Below, piece by piece: positions 24,563-35,087 of a stretch of DNA of 64,000 nt. The translations under genes and the position numbers were made by a program. The notes below the pieces were generated by a model that had not been told where the DNA came from, made no database searches, and saw nothing but the letters and a program-made list of their open reading frames with translations. Origin of the DNA: Candidatus Nomurabacteria bacterium (lineage in GTDB: Bacteria; Patescibacteriota; Minisyncoccia; Phycocordibacterales; UBA918); NCBI GenBank assembly GCA_023898565.1, contig CP060228.1, positions 624,594-688,593 on the forward strand, in the 5' to 3' direction. Each line of letters starts with the position of its first letter. Position 1 is the stretch's first letter.

Positions 24563-25723
24563 CTATTTTCTGAGACTAGTTATGAGTGCGGTAATGAGAG
24601 TGCTGACATCGCCTCCTTTTGCTACCGCATCGACCAGCGCTCGATTTTCAAGAATCGCTTTTTGCAGAGTTGGGTCAAGGTTCATGAGAACTTTGGCCAT
24701 ACTTTCTTGGCCAGCTGCTACGCCTTGATCGCTCAAGGCGCGGGCACGACCTTCTTGACGTCCGATTGCCGGAGCATGCAATTTGCTACGTTGCTCAGGC
24801 GGCAATTCATCCTCGAAATCTGTAATGTCGATCTTGAGAATGATGATGCCGAGGTCGGCCAGTTTCTTGCCCGAGTAGCTGCAGTTGTCGATGGTGTCAA
24901 AGACGTAATCTTTAACACCCTTTTGAATGAGAGTTGCCACCAGGCTGGTGATTGCCTCCTTGGTATCGTTTGCTTTTTGCTTGGCCCAGATTTGCTTGTC
25001 GATATTGCCGATGACATCGTCGAGCGTTACTTTACTGCGGACGACATTTCGTGCTACCGACTTGAGCGCCTGGTCGAGCAAGACGTTCCAAGACTCCGTG
25101 AGATACAGTGCCTCTTCAATCTTGTCCGGGTCAATCATGACCTGGGCCGAGCCTTCAACGGTGAAGGGGACGGTTTGAATCTCTGCTCCGGCGTACTCGA
25201 AGTACCAGGTAAATGGCGCAACGCGTACGTGGTTGGAGTAGTACCCCGGTTCATCTTCTTTGATGACTCGGTAGACTCGTTTTCCGCCCTCTTCTTTCAC
25301 TTTGTATCGTGGCAAATCATACGTCTTCGGCTCAGTGAAATACGGCACGTAAACGTGCACTTTCGCAATGTTCCAGACGTATTGTTTGTACAACATCCAC
25401 AGACCGAAAAGAGCGTCAGAATGCACCGGCCCGCTTGCTTCGCCGTCGATAGCGTAGAAGAACCGGCCGGAATAGTCGATAGCAACTTTACGACCGGTGC
25501 CAACCTCGATGAACATTGAGATCTTATTGGGCTGATTAGGATCGTGCAGCAGCTTGTCTTTCATGAAAGGTGAAAGGAGGGCAAAAACCAAGATGGCCAG
25601 TGCAACTCCCGAGATTGCTGCTACTACAGACAGCCAGATGGTGAGCCAGATTTCGCTAGTCAGCGCAGCTACAACACCGAGCAGAGACATGACGATTATG
25701 AATCCGCCAAAGATGACGTTCAT
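24563..25723 (-). CDS. SPFH/band-7 (stomatin/flotillin/HflKC-like) domain membrane protein
   Basis: N-terminal TM helices. The core VMIDPDKIEEALYLTESWNVLLDQALKSVARNVVRSKVTLDDVIGNIDKQI matches the SPFH pattern, followed by a coiled-coil-like tail. Confidence 0.55.
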   Translation of the reverse strand: MNVIFGGFIIVMSLLGVVAALTSEIWLTIWLSVVAAISGVALAILVFALLSPFMKDKLLHDPNQPNKISMFIEVGTGRKVAIDYSGRFFYAIDGEASGPVHSDALFGLWMLYKQYVWNIAKVHVYVPYFTEPKTYDLPRYKVKEEGGKRVYRVIKEDEPGYYSNHVRVAPFTWYFEYAGAEIQTVPFTVEGSAQVMIDPDKIEEALYLTESWNVLLDQALKSVARNVVRSKVTLDDVIGNIDKQIWAKQKANDTKEAITSLVATLIQKGVKDYVFDTIDNCSYSGKKLADLGIIILKIDITDFEDELPPEQRSKLHAPAIGRQEGRARALSDQGVAAGQESMAKVLMNLDPTLQKAILENRALVDAVAKGGDVSTLITALITSLRK

Positions 25724-25948
25724 GATGTTTCTCCTTCAATTTTCAAAGCAGCGTGTTTGCTGCGAACAATTTTGGCTGGGAAAGCCCCAGCTGAATCTGC
25801 TAGTATAATATCATAAATAAATTAAAAAGTCAAGTTATAGTGTATTGGTACAGGGCTATAAATAAGGCTACTTTTAAGCTATTTGCTTAAAAGTAGTGAA
25901 TTTGGAGTGAGACTAGATTAAATATGGCCTTGGTTAGCTTCGTGTGGT

Positions 25949-27007
25949 ATGATTTGCGCCATGAAAAAGTCTACAGGACGGGATTTGCGAAGTCGTGAGC
26001 AAAAGCGCAAAGATGCTGCGCTTGATACGCGCGAGCGTACCACTGTGTCGTTTTATCGGTATGTAAAGGTGGCCGACCCGAAGGAGTTTCGCGCGCGTTT
26101 GCTGGCGAAGTGGGGCGAACTGGGCTGTATGGGGCGCATTTATGTTGCGACCGAAGGAATTAATGCTCAGATGAATGTACCAAAGGAAAATTGGGAAGCG
26201 TTTGATACCTGGGTGCAGGCGCAGCCGGAGCTTGCGGGTATTCCATACAAAATCGCTGTTGAAGAGGGCGAAGCGCCATCATTCTTTAAGCTGACGGTAA
26301 AAGTGCGTGAAAAGATTGTGGCTGATGGGCTCGATGACGCGTCATTTGACGTGACTAATACCGGCGAGTATCTCACTGCTGCGCAAATGAATGAATACAT
26401 CGACGATCCAGATGCGGTTGTGTTTGATATGCGTAATAACTACGAGGCTGAAGTGGGGCATTTCAAAAATGCGATTACACCCGATGATTTTGTGACGTTT
26501 CGTGATGAACTGAAGCGTACGCCTGAGCTACTGCGGATTCATCAGAATAAGAAGATTGCTATTTATTGTACTGGCGGGATTCGTTGTGAGAAGGCGAGTG
26601 CATGGCTGAAGCATAACGGCTTCAAGGATGTAAAGCATCTCAAAGGCGGTATTATTGACTACAAGCGTCAGGTGGAGGAAGAGGGGATTGAGAATAAGTT
26701 CATGGGTAAGAACTTTGTGTTTGATGAGCGTCTTGGTGAACGCATCAGCGATGATGTTATCTCGACTTGTCATATCTGCCGAAAGACCAAGAGCGATACG
26801 CACTACCACTGCAAGAATCAGATTTGCCACTCGCTGTATATCGGTTGTGATGAGTGCGTGACGAAGCGAGGTGGCTACTGTAGTCGCACTTGCCAGGCGG
26901 TAGATAAACTGCCAGCTAAGACGAAGAAGACACTGGCGCGCTGGTACAACACGTACGTGCGTAAGCGTAAGCCGTTTACGAAGACACGTTGGCGTAGTGA
27001 AAAATGA
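25949..27007 (+). CDS. trhO: rhodanese-domain tRNA U34 hydroxylase TrhO (YceA/UPF0176)
   Basis: VSFYRYVKV...GRIYVATEGINAQMNV, the rhodanese active site YCTGGIRCEKAS, and a C-terminal Cys-rich CxxC...C tail. Confidence 0.8.
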   Translation: MICAMKKSTGRDLRSREQKRKDAALDTRERTTVSFYRYVKVADPKEFRARLLAKWGELGCMGRIYVATEGINAQMNVPKENWEAFDTWVQAQPELAGIPYKIAVEEGEAPSFFKLTVKVREKIVADGLDDASFDVTNTGEYLTAAQMNEYIDDPDAVVFDMRNNYEAEVGHFKNAITPDDFVTFRDELKRTPELLRIHQNKKIAIYCTGGIRCEKASAWLKHNGFKDVKHLKGGIIDYKRQVEEEGIENKFMGKNFVFDERLGERISDDVISTCHICRKTKSDTHYHCKNQICHSLYIGCDECVTKRGGYCSRTCQAVDKLPAKTKKTLARWYNTYVRKRKPFTKTRWRSEK

Positions 27008-27058
27008 GGAGGGTGAGTAAAGCCGCGATTCTCGAAGAGAATCGCGGCTTTATCTTTG

Positions 27059-27140
27059 TGCGCAGGAGAGGACTTGAACCTCCACGGATTGCTCCACTAG
27101 TGCCTAAAACTAGCGCGTATACCAATTTCGCCACCTGCGC
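27059..27140 (-). tRNA. tRNA-Leu (anticodon UAG), long variable arm
   Basis: The reverse complement GCGCAGGTGGCGAAATTGGTATACGCGCTAGTTTTAGGCACTAGTGGAGCAATCCGTGGAGGTTCAAGTCCTCTCCTGCGCA has the anticodon loop TTTAGGC. Confidence 0.8.
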
Positions 27141-27255
27141 GTGTGCGTGGCGAGTATAGCAGAGAATAGGGAAGAATGCGAGGGGTGGAAGCGGTGGGTG
27201 ATGTAGAAAAAACGGCAGATTTTCCAGAGGAAAATCTGCCGTTTTTTCTGTGTTG

Positions 27256-27328
27256 TCCGCCCACTAGGACTCGAACCTAGGACCTTACGGTTAAGAGCCG
27301 TCTGCTCTACCAGCTGAGCTATGGGCGG
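27256..27328 (-). tRNA. tRNA-Lys (anticodon CUU)
   Basis: The reverse complement CCGCCCATAGCTCAGCTGGTAGAGCAGACGGCTCTTAACCGTAAGGTCCTAGGTTCGAGTCCTAGTGGGCGGA has the anticodon loop CTCTTAA. Confidence 0.75.
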
Positions 27329-27365
27329 ATACCAAATATTGGTGCGCAGAGTGTAGCGCATTATT

Positions 27366-27695
27366 GTGATTTCTGCAACAGCTTTTGTTATCATTCAAGT
27401 ATACAGTATGTGGGAAATTATTTTAGAAAAATACCATGAGTTGCAGTGGCCAGTTTTTACAGGTTTGATTTTTGGGTATGTGGTAGTGGATGGGTTGTAT
27501 GCGTACTATACGCTCGCGGTTGCTCGACATAACGCGGCGGTATCTGCGCACACTAGTGCGATACTGCATATCCTCTTAGCAGTTGGGGTGCTTAGTTATG
27601 TGGAGAATTTTTTGTATATTATTCCAATTGCTATTGGGTCTTGGGTTGGAACGTATCTGGTGGTACAGCGGGAAGCAAAAGCCGGCAAGCGATAG
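27366..27695 (+). CDS. small membrane protein (109 aa), hypothetical
   Basis: Three hydrophobic helices, followed by a 13-bp hairpin terminator AAGCCGGCAAGC-GATA-GCTTGCCGGCTT (27679-27710). It is embedded between tRNA genes. Confidence 0.5.
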   Translation: MISATAFVIIQVYSMWEIILEKYHELQWPVFTGLIFGYVVVDGLYAYYTLAVARHNAAVSAHTSAILHILLAVGVLSYVENFLYIIPIAIGSWVGTYLVVQREAKAGKR

Positions 27696-27715
27696 CTTGC
27701 CGGCTTTTGCTTCTA

Positions 27716-27804
27716 GTGCCCGGGGCGGGAATTGAACCCGCACGCCGTTTGAATAGGCAAGGGATTTTAAGTCCCTCGTGTCTACCGATTTCACCACCCG
27801 GGCA
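27716..27804 (-). tRNA. tRNA-Leu (anticodon UAA), long variable arm
   Basis: The reverse complement GCCCGGGTGGTGAAATCGGTAGACACGAGGGACTTAAAATCCCTTGCCTATTCAAACGGCGTGCGGGTTCAATTCCCGCCCCGGGCA has the anticodon loop CTTAAAA. Confidence 0.8.
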
Positions 27805-27830
27805 CACTACATCGCACGCGATGTACGTGA

Positions 27831-27902
27831 GTCCTGGGCGGGAATCGAACCCGCGCATGGCGGTTTTGCAGACCGCAGCGTTACCACTTCGCCACCAGGA
27901 CT
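27831..27902 (-). tRNA. tRNA-Cys (anticodon GCA)
   Basis: The reverse complement GTCCTGGTGGCGAAGTGGTAACGCTGCGGTCTGCAAAACCGCCATGCGCGGGTTCGATTCCCGCCCAGGACT has the anticodon loop CTGCAAA. Confidence 0.8.
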
Positions 27903-27985
27903 TATGAAAATGTACGGTGTACTGTAGCATTATTATCTGGCTCTGACAAAAGCTGCTACTTAATAAATTCTGGTATAATTTTGTA

Positions 27986-28474
27986 ATGAAAGAAACAGTT
28001 AATTGGCGACATAATAAAAAGGTCCGCCTCGCAATTATTGTAGGATTATTGGTGATTGTTGGAATTATCGCTTTGCTTTTTGAAAAGGCAAGAATCTGGA
28101 TGATTGGTGTAGCGATATTACTATTCGCTGCACTTGGTCTTGAAGTTACAAATACTGATGTTGACATGGGCACTCTCGTGGAAACTCGTTCAGTATCAGA
28201 CTCTATGATTGAGCGAGATGAGTCTGGCAATCTAGAAGCATCAGCTGAGGGTGGTTTCCTTACTTCAATTCTGCGTGATAAGGAGGGTAATGAGGTGGCA
28301 GAAGGTACTCCTGGAGCAAAGCGAACTGACGAATACAATTGTGATGATTTTGCTACACAGGCAGAAGCACAGATCTTCTTTGATAATGCTGGCGGGGTTG
28401 CGGGTGATGTAAATCGTCTCGATGGAAACAAAGACGGCGTGCCGTGTCAAAGTTTGCCAAAAGGTGCAAATTAG
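27986..28474 (+). CDS. membrane-anchored Excalibur (extracellular calcium-binding) domain protein
   Basis: N-terminal TM helices and a C-terminal DVNRLDGNKDGVPCQSLP Excalibur motif (DxDxDGxxCE-like). TGGTATAAT sits 6 nt before the ATG. Confidence 0.7.
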   Translation: MKETVNWRHNKKVRLAIIVGLLVIVGIIALLFEKARIWMIGVAILLFAALGLEVTNTDVDMGTLVETRSVSDSMIERDESGNLEASAEGGFLTSILRDKEGNEVAEGTPGAKRTDEYNCDDFATQAEAQIFFDNAGGVAGDVNRLDGNKDGVPCQSLPKGAN

Positions 28475-28522
28475 GACAGTTTGGTATACTGAAAGTCCTT
28501 AATCGTCATAATTGTAGACGTT

Positions 28523-28930
28523 ATGTCATATAAAATTGAAGAGGTTGAAGGTATTGGTCCAGAATACGGATCAAAATTACGAGAGGTTGATATTCAGACT
28601 ACTGAAGACCTACTCCGACGCTGTGGAGACAAGAAGGGTCGTGAAGGAGTATCGACAGAAACAGGTATTTCTGAAAAGCATCTCCTGGAATGGGTAAATC
28701 TTTCAGACTTGATGCGCATCAATGGTGTCGGTGAGGAGTTTGCTGATTTGCTTGAAGAGGCTGGTGTAGACACGGTGAAGGAGCTGAAGAACCGAAACGC
28801 AGAGAATCTAGCTGCAGCGATGGCTGAAGTAAATGAGAAGAAGAATCTTACGCAGCGTGTTCCATCAGCTGAGACAGTTCAAAAATGGATTGATGAGGCA
28901 GGGAAAATGGAGCCGATGGTGAGTCATTAG
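28523..28930 (+). CDS. DUF4332-family protein with two helix-hairpin-helix motifs
   Basis: IEEVEGIGPEYGSKLREVDIQTTEDLL and INGVGEEFADLLEEAGVDTVKELK are HhH repeats. Confidence 0.6.
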   Translation: MSYKIEEVEGIGPEYGSKLREVDIQTTEDLLRRCGDKKGREGVSTETGISEKHLLEWVNLSDLMRINGVGEEFADLLEEAGVDTVKELKNRNAENLAAAMAEVNEKKNLTQRVPSAETVQKWIDEAGKMEPMVSH

Positions 28931-28969
28931 GAATAAATAAAAAAGGCGCCCGCGAAGCGGGCGCCTTTT

Positions 28970-29329
28970 TTATGCTGCTGTCTCGTCTCCTTTCTTCTTC
29001 GCGTCTTCAATTTCTCGTACAAGCTCGTCCATGTATTGACGGTGTTTTTCACCAGCATCAATCATGAATTCGAGGTGGGGGATGTGACGCAACTTCGATT
29101 TCTGCTTAAGAAAATTACGTAAGTTGGTGCCGTTTCGTTTGAGGAAAATCTGCGCATCGGATTCGCGGCCGTCAGGAATGGTGGTGAAAAAAATAATCGC
29201 GCGGCGCAGGTCTGGTGACACATCAACACTCGTAATCGTGATGAGTGGGTCGGTGTTGGCTTCTTGGCGCACAAAAGTAGCGGCAAGTTCCTGAAGGAGT
29301 TCGGTCACTCTAATCTTTCGGTCCTGCAT
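28970..29329 (-). CDS. rbfA: ribosome-binding factor A
   Basis: 119-aa KH-like RbfA pattern (RVTELLQEL...ITITSVDVSPDLRRAIIFFT), immediately downstream of infB. Confidence 0.8.
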   Translation of the reverse strand: MQDRKIRVTELLQELAATFVRQEANTDPLITITSVDVSPDLRRAIIFFTTIPDGRESDAQIFLKRNGTNLRNFLKQKSKLRHIPHLEFMIDAGEKHRQYMDELVREIEDAKKKGDETAA

Positions 29330-29330
29330 A

Positions 29331-30857
29331 CTAGCTAATTACCGTATCAAATGGCTTGAGGTAGTCGCCTGGAGCAATTTCTGCCTTGGTTTCAAGCTGC
29401 ATACCAAATTCACCCTCAGTCACTTGCTGAACGTCAGATTTCTGCTGCTGGAGGTTTTTGATGGTACCTTTCCCGATCTCGATATCGCGACGCATAATCT
29501 TTACTCGCTGGTTCATCTTGATAACCCCTTCGTCGACACGGCCGCCGAGTACGTGGGTCATTTTTTGTACGCTAAAGTGCTTGAGGATTTTTACGAGACC
29601 AGTCTCAATCTGTTCCTCTTGCTTTGGCGTGCGGTTCTTAAGTGCGGTTTCAAGCCACTCAGAGAGTTCATAGATAATATCGAAGGTGTCGATCTCAACA
29701 TCGAGACGTTCGGCAAGGTCTTTGGCAGCGCGGTCTACTTTTACATTGAAGCCAACGATAATAGCGTCGTCAGTAGCGCTTACATTCTGTACATCGTTTA
29801 CACTAATATCTCCAACACCCTTGTCGATAATCTTTACGACAATACGATCTGACTCAAACTTCTCGAGTTCGTGCTCAATCGCGTCGAGAGTGCCGAGTAC
29901 GTCGGCCTTGATGAGAATTGGTACAACGGGAAGCTTACTGCGCTTTACCGGAATAGTTGGCGCAGTTTCACTATTTTCAGCTGCTACCATCGCTTCAGCT
30001 TCCTTTTTGCTTGCAACCGTCACAAAGGTACTGCCAACTTCAGGAATTTCAGTGAATCCCACAATCCGCACTGGTGCAGACAGCCCGGCTTCTTTTACTG
30101 GTTTGCCTTGGAAATCTTCCATGATTCGTACTGGTGAGAAGCTTTTGCCCGACACGACGAACTGACCGCTCTTAAGCGTGCCGTTCTCTACGATGAGTGT
30201 AGCAGTATTGCCGCGCTTTGGATCCATCTTGCCTTCGATGATTTTCCCGGTTGCTGGTGCGCTGGTGTCGCCAGAGAGTTCGGCGAGGTCTGCCGCGAGT
30301 ACGACGAGGTCGAGGAGGTCGTCAATACCAGTGCCAGCTTTAGCAGAAATTGGTGCCCACGGAATATCGCCTCCCATTCCTTCGATGTAGATTTCGTTCT
30401 CAATGAGGGTGGCTTGCGTGCGCGGGATGTCGGCACCTGGCTTGTCGATTTTGTTGATGGCTACTACATACGGGATGTCAGCAGCCTTGATAGACTCAAG
30501 TGCTTCGAGCGTTTGCGGCTTCACGCCATCTTCGGCAGACACCATAAGAATAGCGACGTCAGCAACATCAGCACCGCGTAGGCGCATCTTCTGGAACGCG
30601 GCATGTCCTGGGGTGTCGAGGAAGGTGATGTGTTCTTCAGCGCCTTCTTTTGTTTTGTGCGGTACAACATACGCTGAGAGATGCTGAGTGATACCACCAG
30701 CTTCGCCGTCGACGATGTTGCTCTTACGAATTGTATCGAGAAGGGTAGACTTGCCGTGGTCAATGTGACCCATTACCACCACTACTGGTGGTCGCTTGAT
30801 AATATTTGAAGCTGCCTGCTTAGATTTTTTAGCCATATGTATACTTTTGCGCCGCAC
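29331..30857 (-). CDS. infB: translation initiation factor IF-2, short form lacking the long N-terminal region
   Basis: G-domain [25 protein letters not shown] and NKIDK, followed by the beta-barrel and C-terminal domains. The first codon in the track is GTG; the ATG at ~30836 (MAKKSKQ) is the likely start. Confidence 0.9.
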   Translation of the reverse strand: MRRKSIHMAKKSKQAASNIIKRPPVVVVMGHIDHGKSTLLDTIRKSNIVDGEAGGITQHLSAYVVPHKTKEGAEEHITFLDTPGHAAFQKMRLRGADVADVAILMVSAEDGVKPQTLEALESIKAADIPYVVAINKIDKPGADIPRTQATLIENEIYIEGMGGDIPWAPISAKAGTGIDDLLDLVVLAADLAELSGDTSAPATGKIIEGKMDPKRGNTATLIVENGTLKSGQFVVSGKSFSPVRIMEDFQGKPVKEAGLSAPVRIVGFTEIPEVGSTFVTVASKKEAEAMVAAENSETAPTIPVKRSKLPVVPILIKADVLGTLDAIEHELEKFESDRIVVKIIDKGVGDISVNDVQNVSATDDAIIVGFNVKVDRAAKDLAERLDVEIDTFDIIYELSEWLETALKNRTPKQEEQIETGLVKILKHFSVQKMTHVLGGRVDEGVIKMNQRVKIMRRDIEIGKGTIKNLQQQKSDVQQVTEGEFGMQLETKAEIAPGDYLKPFDTVIS

Positions 30858-30999
30858 GCGTTAAAACACCCATGGGGTGTCTTCTGGTAAATAATTGGGG
30901 TGGAGTATAGCAGATATGTGCGATTTTATCCAGAAAAATCAATAAAATTTTGCAAGTTTCATCTTTACTAAAAAATAAATTTGTGTCACTCTAAATGTC

Positions 31000-32217
31000 A
31001 TGAAATGGTGGGGTAGTAAAAAAGAGCAGAGCGAGCGGGTGTATCTCGACTGGGCGGCAGCGACGCCGCTTTTGCCGGAGGCAAAAGCGGCGATGGAGCC
31101 GTACCTTGGCGACGTGTTTGGTAATGCGAGCGCGATTCATAAAGAAGGTCAGGTGGCAAAGCGCGCGCTTGAGGAGGCGCGCGAGAAAGTGGCTCGGGCG
31201 CTGCAGGTCCGGCCAGAGTTTGTGACCTTTACTGGTGGTGGAACAGAAGGAAATAATCTTGCAATTATGGGGACGATTATGCGCTTGCGGGCAAATTGTC
31301 GTGAGTTTTCTGATATGGAGATTATTACGACCGCGATTGAGCATCCTTCAATTACTGAAACCATGCGCGCGCTCGAGCGTCGTGGGGTAGTGATTAAGCA
31401 GGCACCAGTAGACGAAACAGGAAAAGTGAAGGTGGCAGAGTTTAAAAAACTGCTTACCGAAAAGACGGTGTTGGTGTCGCTCGCGTACGCTAATAGCGAG
31501 ATTGGGGTGATACAGCCGCTGCATCATATAAAGAAGCATATAAAAGAGGCAGCGGCTGCCTTTAAGACAGAAATTAGGCTGCACGTGGACGCAGCGCAGG
31601 CGCCGCTTTGGCTGTCATGTCAGTTTGATACGACAAGTGCAGACTTGTTGGTGCTTGATACAGCCAAGTGCTGCGGGCCGAAAGGGGCGGGTGTCTTGGT
31701 GCGGGCGCGAGGTATCGAGCTTGCGCCGTATCAGTTTGGTGGTGGTCAGGAAGCGGGGCTACGTCCGGGGACTGAAAATGTTGCGTCGGCGGCAGGGGCG
31801 GCGGTAGCGATTGAGGTGGCGCAAGAGGATTGGCGTGCGCGAGCGGAGCGAGCGCGCACAATCCGCGATACTGGAATTGCGGCAATTATGGCTGCCGTAC
31901 CACAGGCGATTTTGAATGGTCCAACGGGTGAGGAGCGACTGGCAAACAATATAAATATTTCTATTCCGGGGCTTGATACTGAGTATGCAGCGGTCTGGCT
32001 TGATGCACGCGGCTTTGCGGTTAGTACTAAGTCGGCGTGTGCTGGCGCGGGCGGCGGCGAGAGCGTGGTGGTGCGAACCATTTCAGACGATGCCGCCCGC
32101 GCCTCTTCCACCCTCCGCTTCACCATCGGCCCCTCTACAACCGTCGAAGACCTGCAAAAACTAGCGGCTGCCCTCAAGGAGCATGTGGCGCTAATGAGTG
32201 ATTTGACCTCAAGCTAA
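31000..32217 (+). CDS. cysteine desulfurase (class V aminotransferase, NifS/IscS-like)
   Basis: VYLDWAAATPLLPEAKAAM, a PLP-lysine region, and the C-terminal Cys loop SACAGAGGGESV. Confidence 0.8.
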   Translation: MKWWGSKKEQSERVYLDWAAATPLLPEAKAAMEPYLGDVFGNASAIHKEGQVAKRALEEAREKVARALQVRPEFVTFTGGGTEGNNLAIMGTIMRLRANCREFSDMEIITTAIEHPSITETMRALERRGVVIKQAPVDETGKVKVAEFKKLLTEKTVLVSLAYANSEIGVIQPLHHIKKHIKEAAAAFKTEIRLHVDAAQAPLWLSCQFDTTSADLLVLDTAKCCGPKGAGVLVRARGIELAPYQFGGGQEAGLRPGTENVASAAGAAVAIEVAQEDWRARAERARTIRDTGIAAIMAAVPQAILNGPTGEERLANNINISIPGLDTEYAAVWLDARGFAVSTKSACAGAGGGESVVVRTISDDAARASSTLRFTIGPSTTVEDLQKLAAALKEHVALMSDLTSS

Positions 32218-32329
32218 TTCCGTTGCAATATACGAAGACCTGGTACGTATTACTGAATGTAAGATGCTGTTCTGGATAGCCTAGCCGCCCGAATGACTGC
32301 CAGTGTCGTATAATGAAAACATAGATTTT

Positions 32330-35044
32330 ATGCCGAATTTTCACAATTTTACAACCAAAGCCAAAGAAGCGATTCGCAAAGCGCACGAGCTTGCTATCGA
32401 GCGCGGACAAAACCATGTCAGTCCAGTGCACCTTATGACTGCACTCGCGATGCAAGATGAGAGCGCAGTGATTGCGATTCTTGACCGACTTGATATCGAT
32501 ATTATTGCCTATACAGACTTGCTCCTTGAAGCACTTGAGATGCCGGAGGCACAAACCACCATCTCACAGTCGTATCAGTTGTATCTCACGCCAGAGCTAG
32601 CTAAAGCGCTGGAGTTTTCTGGTACCTTTGCCGAACAGCTTGGCGATTCGTATGTAGGTGTGGAGCATCTTTTCGTTGCCACACTAGAACATCCTGGTCC
32701 AGCGATTGAAATCATGCAGCGGGTTGGTATTGATAAACTGCGTGTGATGGAAGCGATTAAAGAGCTGCGTGAAAGTGATGTGCAGGATGCACAGCAGCCA
32801 AAGAAGTATCGTACGCTCGCCAAATACACGCGCAATCTCACTAAGATGGCGCAAGAGAACAAAGTCGACCCAGTGATTGGGCGCGATGTGGAGATTCAGC
32901 GCGTGATTCAGATTTTGTCTCGTCGCACAAAGAATAACCCAGTTCTCATCGGAGAAGCGGGAGTTGGAAAGACAGCGATTGCAGAAGGATTGGCGCAGCA
33001 GATTGTGCTCGGGCAGGTGCCAGAGTCAGTCAAAGAAAAGGAAATCCTTATGCTGGATCTCGGGCTGTTGGTCGCAGGGACTAAGTTCCGTGGTGAGTTT
33101 GAAGAGCGTCTCAAGGCGGTGATGAAAGAGGTGGAAGCGGCGGCTGGACGCATCATTCTCTTTATTGATGAACTCCATACGATTGTCGGGGCGGGGCAAG
33201 CTGACGGCTCGATGGACGCGTCTAATATGCTGAAGCCCGCTTTGGCGCGTGGTGAGATTCGTATTATTGGAGCGACAACTTTGAAGGAATATCAAAAGCA
33301 TATTGAGCGCGACCCAGCGCTCACGCGTCGCTTCCAGCCGGTGTATGTAAATGAGCCAAATCAAGAAGATGCGGTAGCGATTTTGCGCGGCTTGGCAGAG
33401 AAGTATGAGCTTTTCCACGGCGTACGTATTACCGATGATGCGATTCTCGCAGCTGTTAATCTTTCGTCTCGCTATATTACTGATCGTTTCTTGCCTGATA
33501 AGGCAGTGGACTTGGTCGACGAAGCTGCATCAGCACTCCGTATTTCACTTGAAAACAAGCCAGACGAACTCGTGGAGACAGATCGAAAAATTCGTCGTCT
33601 AGAGATTGAACGTGAGGCACTTCGTAAAGAAGTGGAGATTGCGGCTAACAAAAAGAAAATCAAAGCTCGTATCAAAGAAATTGAGCACGAAATTGGCGAG
33701 TATAAAGAAACGACCTCAAACCTCGAGACAAAATGGAATAATGAAAAAGAGGCGCTTGGTGAAATCAGTAAGCTGAAGAAGGAACTAGAAGAGCTTCGTG
33801 TCGAAGCTGACAATGCCGAGGCCACTGCTGACCTCATTCGCGCAGCAGAGATTCGCTACGACACGATCCCAGCGGTTCAGAAAGAACTCGATACAAAACT
33901 AAAGCGACTCAAGAAGCTGCAGCGCAGCCGACGCCTACTTAAGGAAGAAGTGACTGAAGAAGATATTGCGGCGGTGGTGTCACGTTGGACAGGTATTCCG
34001 GTCTCGCGCATGCTTGAAGCTGAAGTAGAGAAGTTAGCGCGTATGGAAGAAGTGCTACACGAAAAGGTGGTGGGACAAAACCATGCTGTAAAGCTCGTGT
34101 CAGACGCAATTAAGCGCGCTCGAGCCGGTATCTCAGACCCAAATCGGCCAATCGGCTCATTCCTCTTTCTTGGACCAACTGGTGTTGGTAAGACCGAGCT
34201 CTCGCGCGCCCTTGCAGAATTTATGTTTGATGATCCTGATGCACTCCTTCGCATCGACATGTCTGAATTTATGGAGAAGCACTCGGTGTCTAAGCTGATT
34301 GGTTCGCCGCCGGGCTATGTGGGACATGATGAAGGTGGTGGACTCACCGAAAAGATTCGTCGTCGTCCGTACGCCGTGATTTTGCTCGATGAGGTAGAAA
34401 AGGCGCATCCTGAAGTGTTTAATATTTTGCTTCAGGTACTCGACTCAGGACATCTCACCGACGCCAAGGGTCGCAAGGTAAACTTCAAGAATACGGTCAT
34501 TATCATGACGTCTAATATCGGCGCTGAGCATATTGACCGTATGTCCACCTTTGGTTTTGCCGATGATCATGGTGAATCAGCCCAGTTTGTGCAGGCGAAG
34601 GATAAGGTGATGGAAAGTCTCAAGCAGTACTTCCGTCCAGAATTCCTCAATCGTCTTGATGAAATCATTGTCTTCGAGCTACTCACGCCTGAGGTGATCG
34701 CTGAGATTGTAAAACTCCAGATGGAAGAAGTGACTGACCGACTTCATAAGAAAGAAATTAAACTTAGCGTGACCGATGAGGTGCTCGAATATCTCGCTAA
34801 GGAAGGTTACGATCCAAAGTTTGGTGCACGTCCACTGCGTCGTCTCATTCAGAGCAAGATTCTTACGCCTGTCGCCAATATGATGGTGGGCGAGGGAATG
34901 CTCCAAGGTGGAACGGTAAATGTCTGCATGAAGAAGGGTGAATTAGTCTTTGATGTAAAGAAAACTGGCCGTCGTAAGGTTGCTGCGAAAAAGACTGCAA
35001 AAACAAAAACGGAAGTGAGAAAAAAAGAAGCCGTAACCGCATAG
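32330..35044 (+). CDS. clpB: AAA+ disaggregase ClpB
   Basis: N-domain repeats, two Walker A boxes ([15 protein letters not shown] and [15 protein letters not shown]), and a long coiled-coil M-domain between NBD1 and NBD2. Start trimmed to the ATG at 32330. Confidence 0.9.
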   Translation: MPNFHNFTTKAKEAIRKAHELAIERGQNHVSPVHLMTALAMQDESAVIAILDRLDIDIIAYTDLLLEALEMPEAQTTISQSYQLYLTPELAKALEFSGTFAEQLGDSYVGVEHLFVATLEHPGPAIEIMQRVGIDKLRVMEAIKELRESDVQDAQQPKKYRTLAKYTRNLTKMAQENKVDPVIGRDVEIQRVIQILSRRTKNNPVLIGEAGVGKTAIAEGLAQQIVLGQVPESVKEKEILMLDLGLLVAGTKFRGEFEERLKAVMKEVEAAAGRIILFIDELHTIVGAGQADGSMDASNMLKPALARGEIRIIGATTLKEYQKHIERDPALTRRFQPVYVNEPNQEDAVAILRGLAEKYELFHGVRITDDAILAAVNLSSRYITDRFLPDKAVDLVDEAASALRISLENKPDELVETDRKIRRLEIEREALRKEVEIAANKKKIKARIKEIEHEIGEYKETTSNLETKWNNEKEALGEISKLKKELEELRVEADNAEATADLIRAAEIRYDTIPAVQKELDTKLKRLKKLQRSRRLLKEEVTEEDIAAVVSRWTGIPVSRMLEAEVEKLARMEEVLHEKVVGQNHAVKLVSDAIKRARAGISDPNRPIGSFLFLGPTGVGKTELSRALAEFMFDDPDALLRIDMSEFMEKHSVSKLIGSPPGYVGHDEGGGLTEKIRRRPYAVILLDEVEKAHPEVFNILLQVLDSGHLTDAKGRKVNFKNTVIIMTSNIGAEHIDRMSTFGFADDHGESAQFVQAKDKVMESLKQYFRPEFLNRLDEIIVFELLTPEVIAEIVKLQMEEVTDRLHKKEIKLSVTDEVLEYLAKEGYDPKFGARPLRRLIQSKILTPVANMMVGEGMLQGGTVNVCMKKGELVFDVKKTGRRKVAAKKTAKTKTEVRKKEAVTA

Positions 35045-35087
35045 AGAAAAACCGCCTGTCAGGGCGGTTTTTGATAAATGGTTTTGG

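Noticed and set aside
27631-28431. 266-aa ORF (and 27576-27797) on the minus strand
   Set aside because: It runs straight through the tRNA-Leu(UAA) and tRNA-Cys genes and the intergenic hairpins. It has no SD and a low-complexity Ser/Pro/Arg composition, so it is a shadow ORF.
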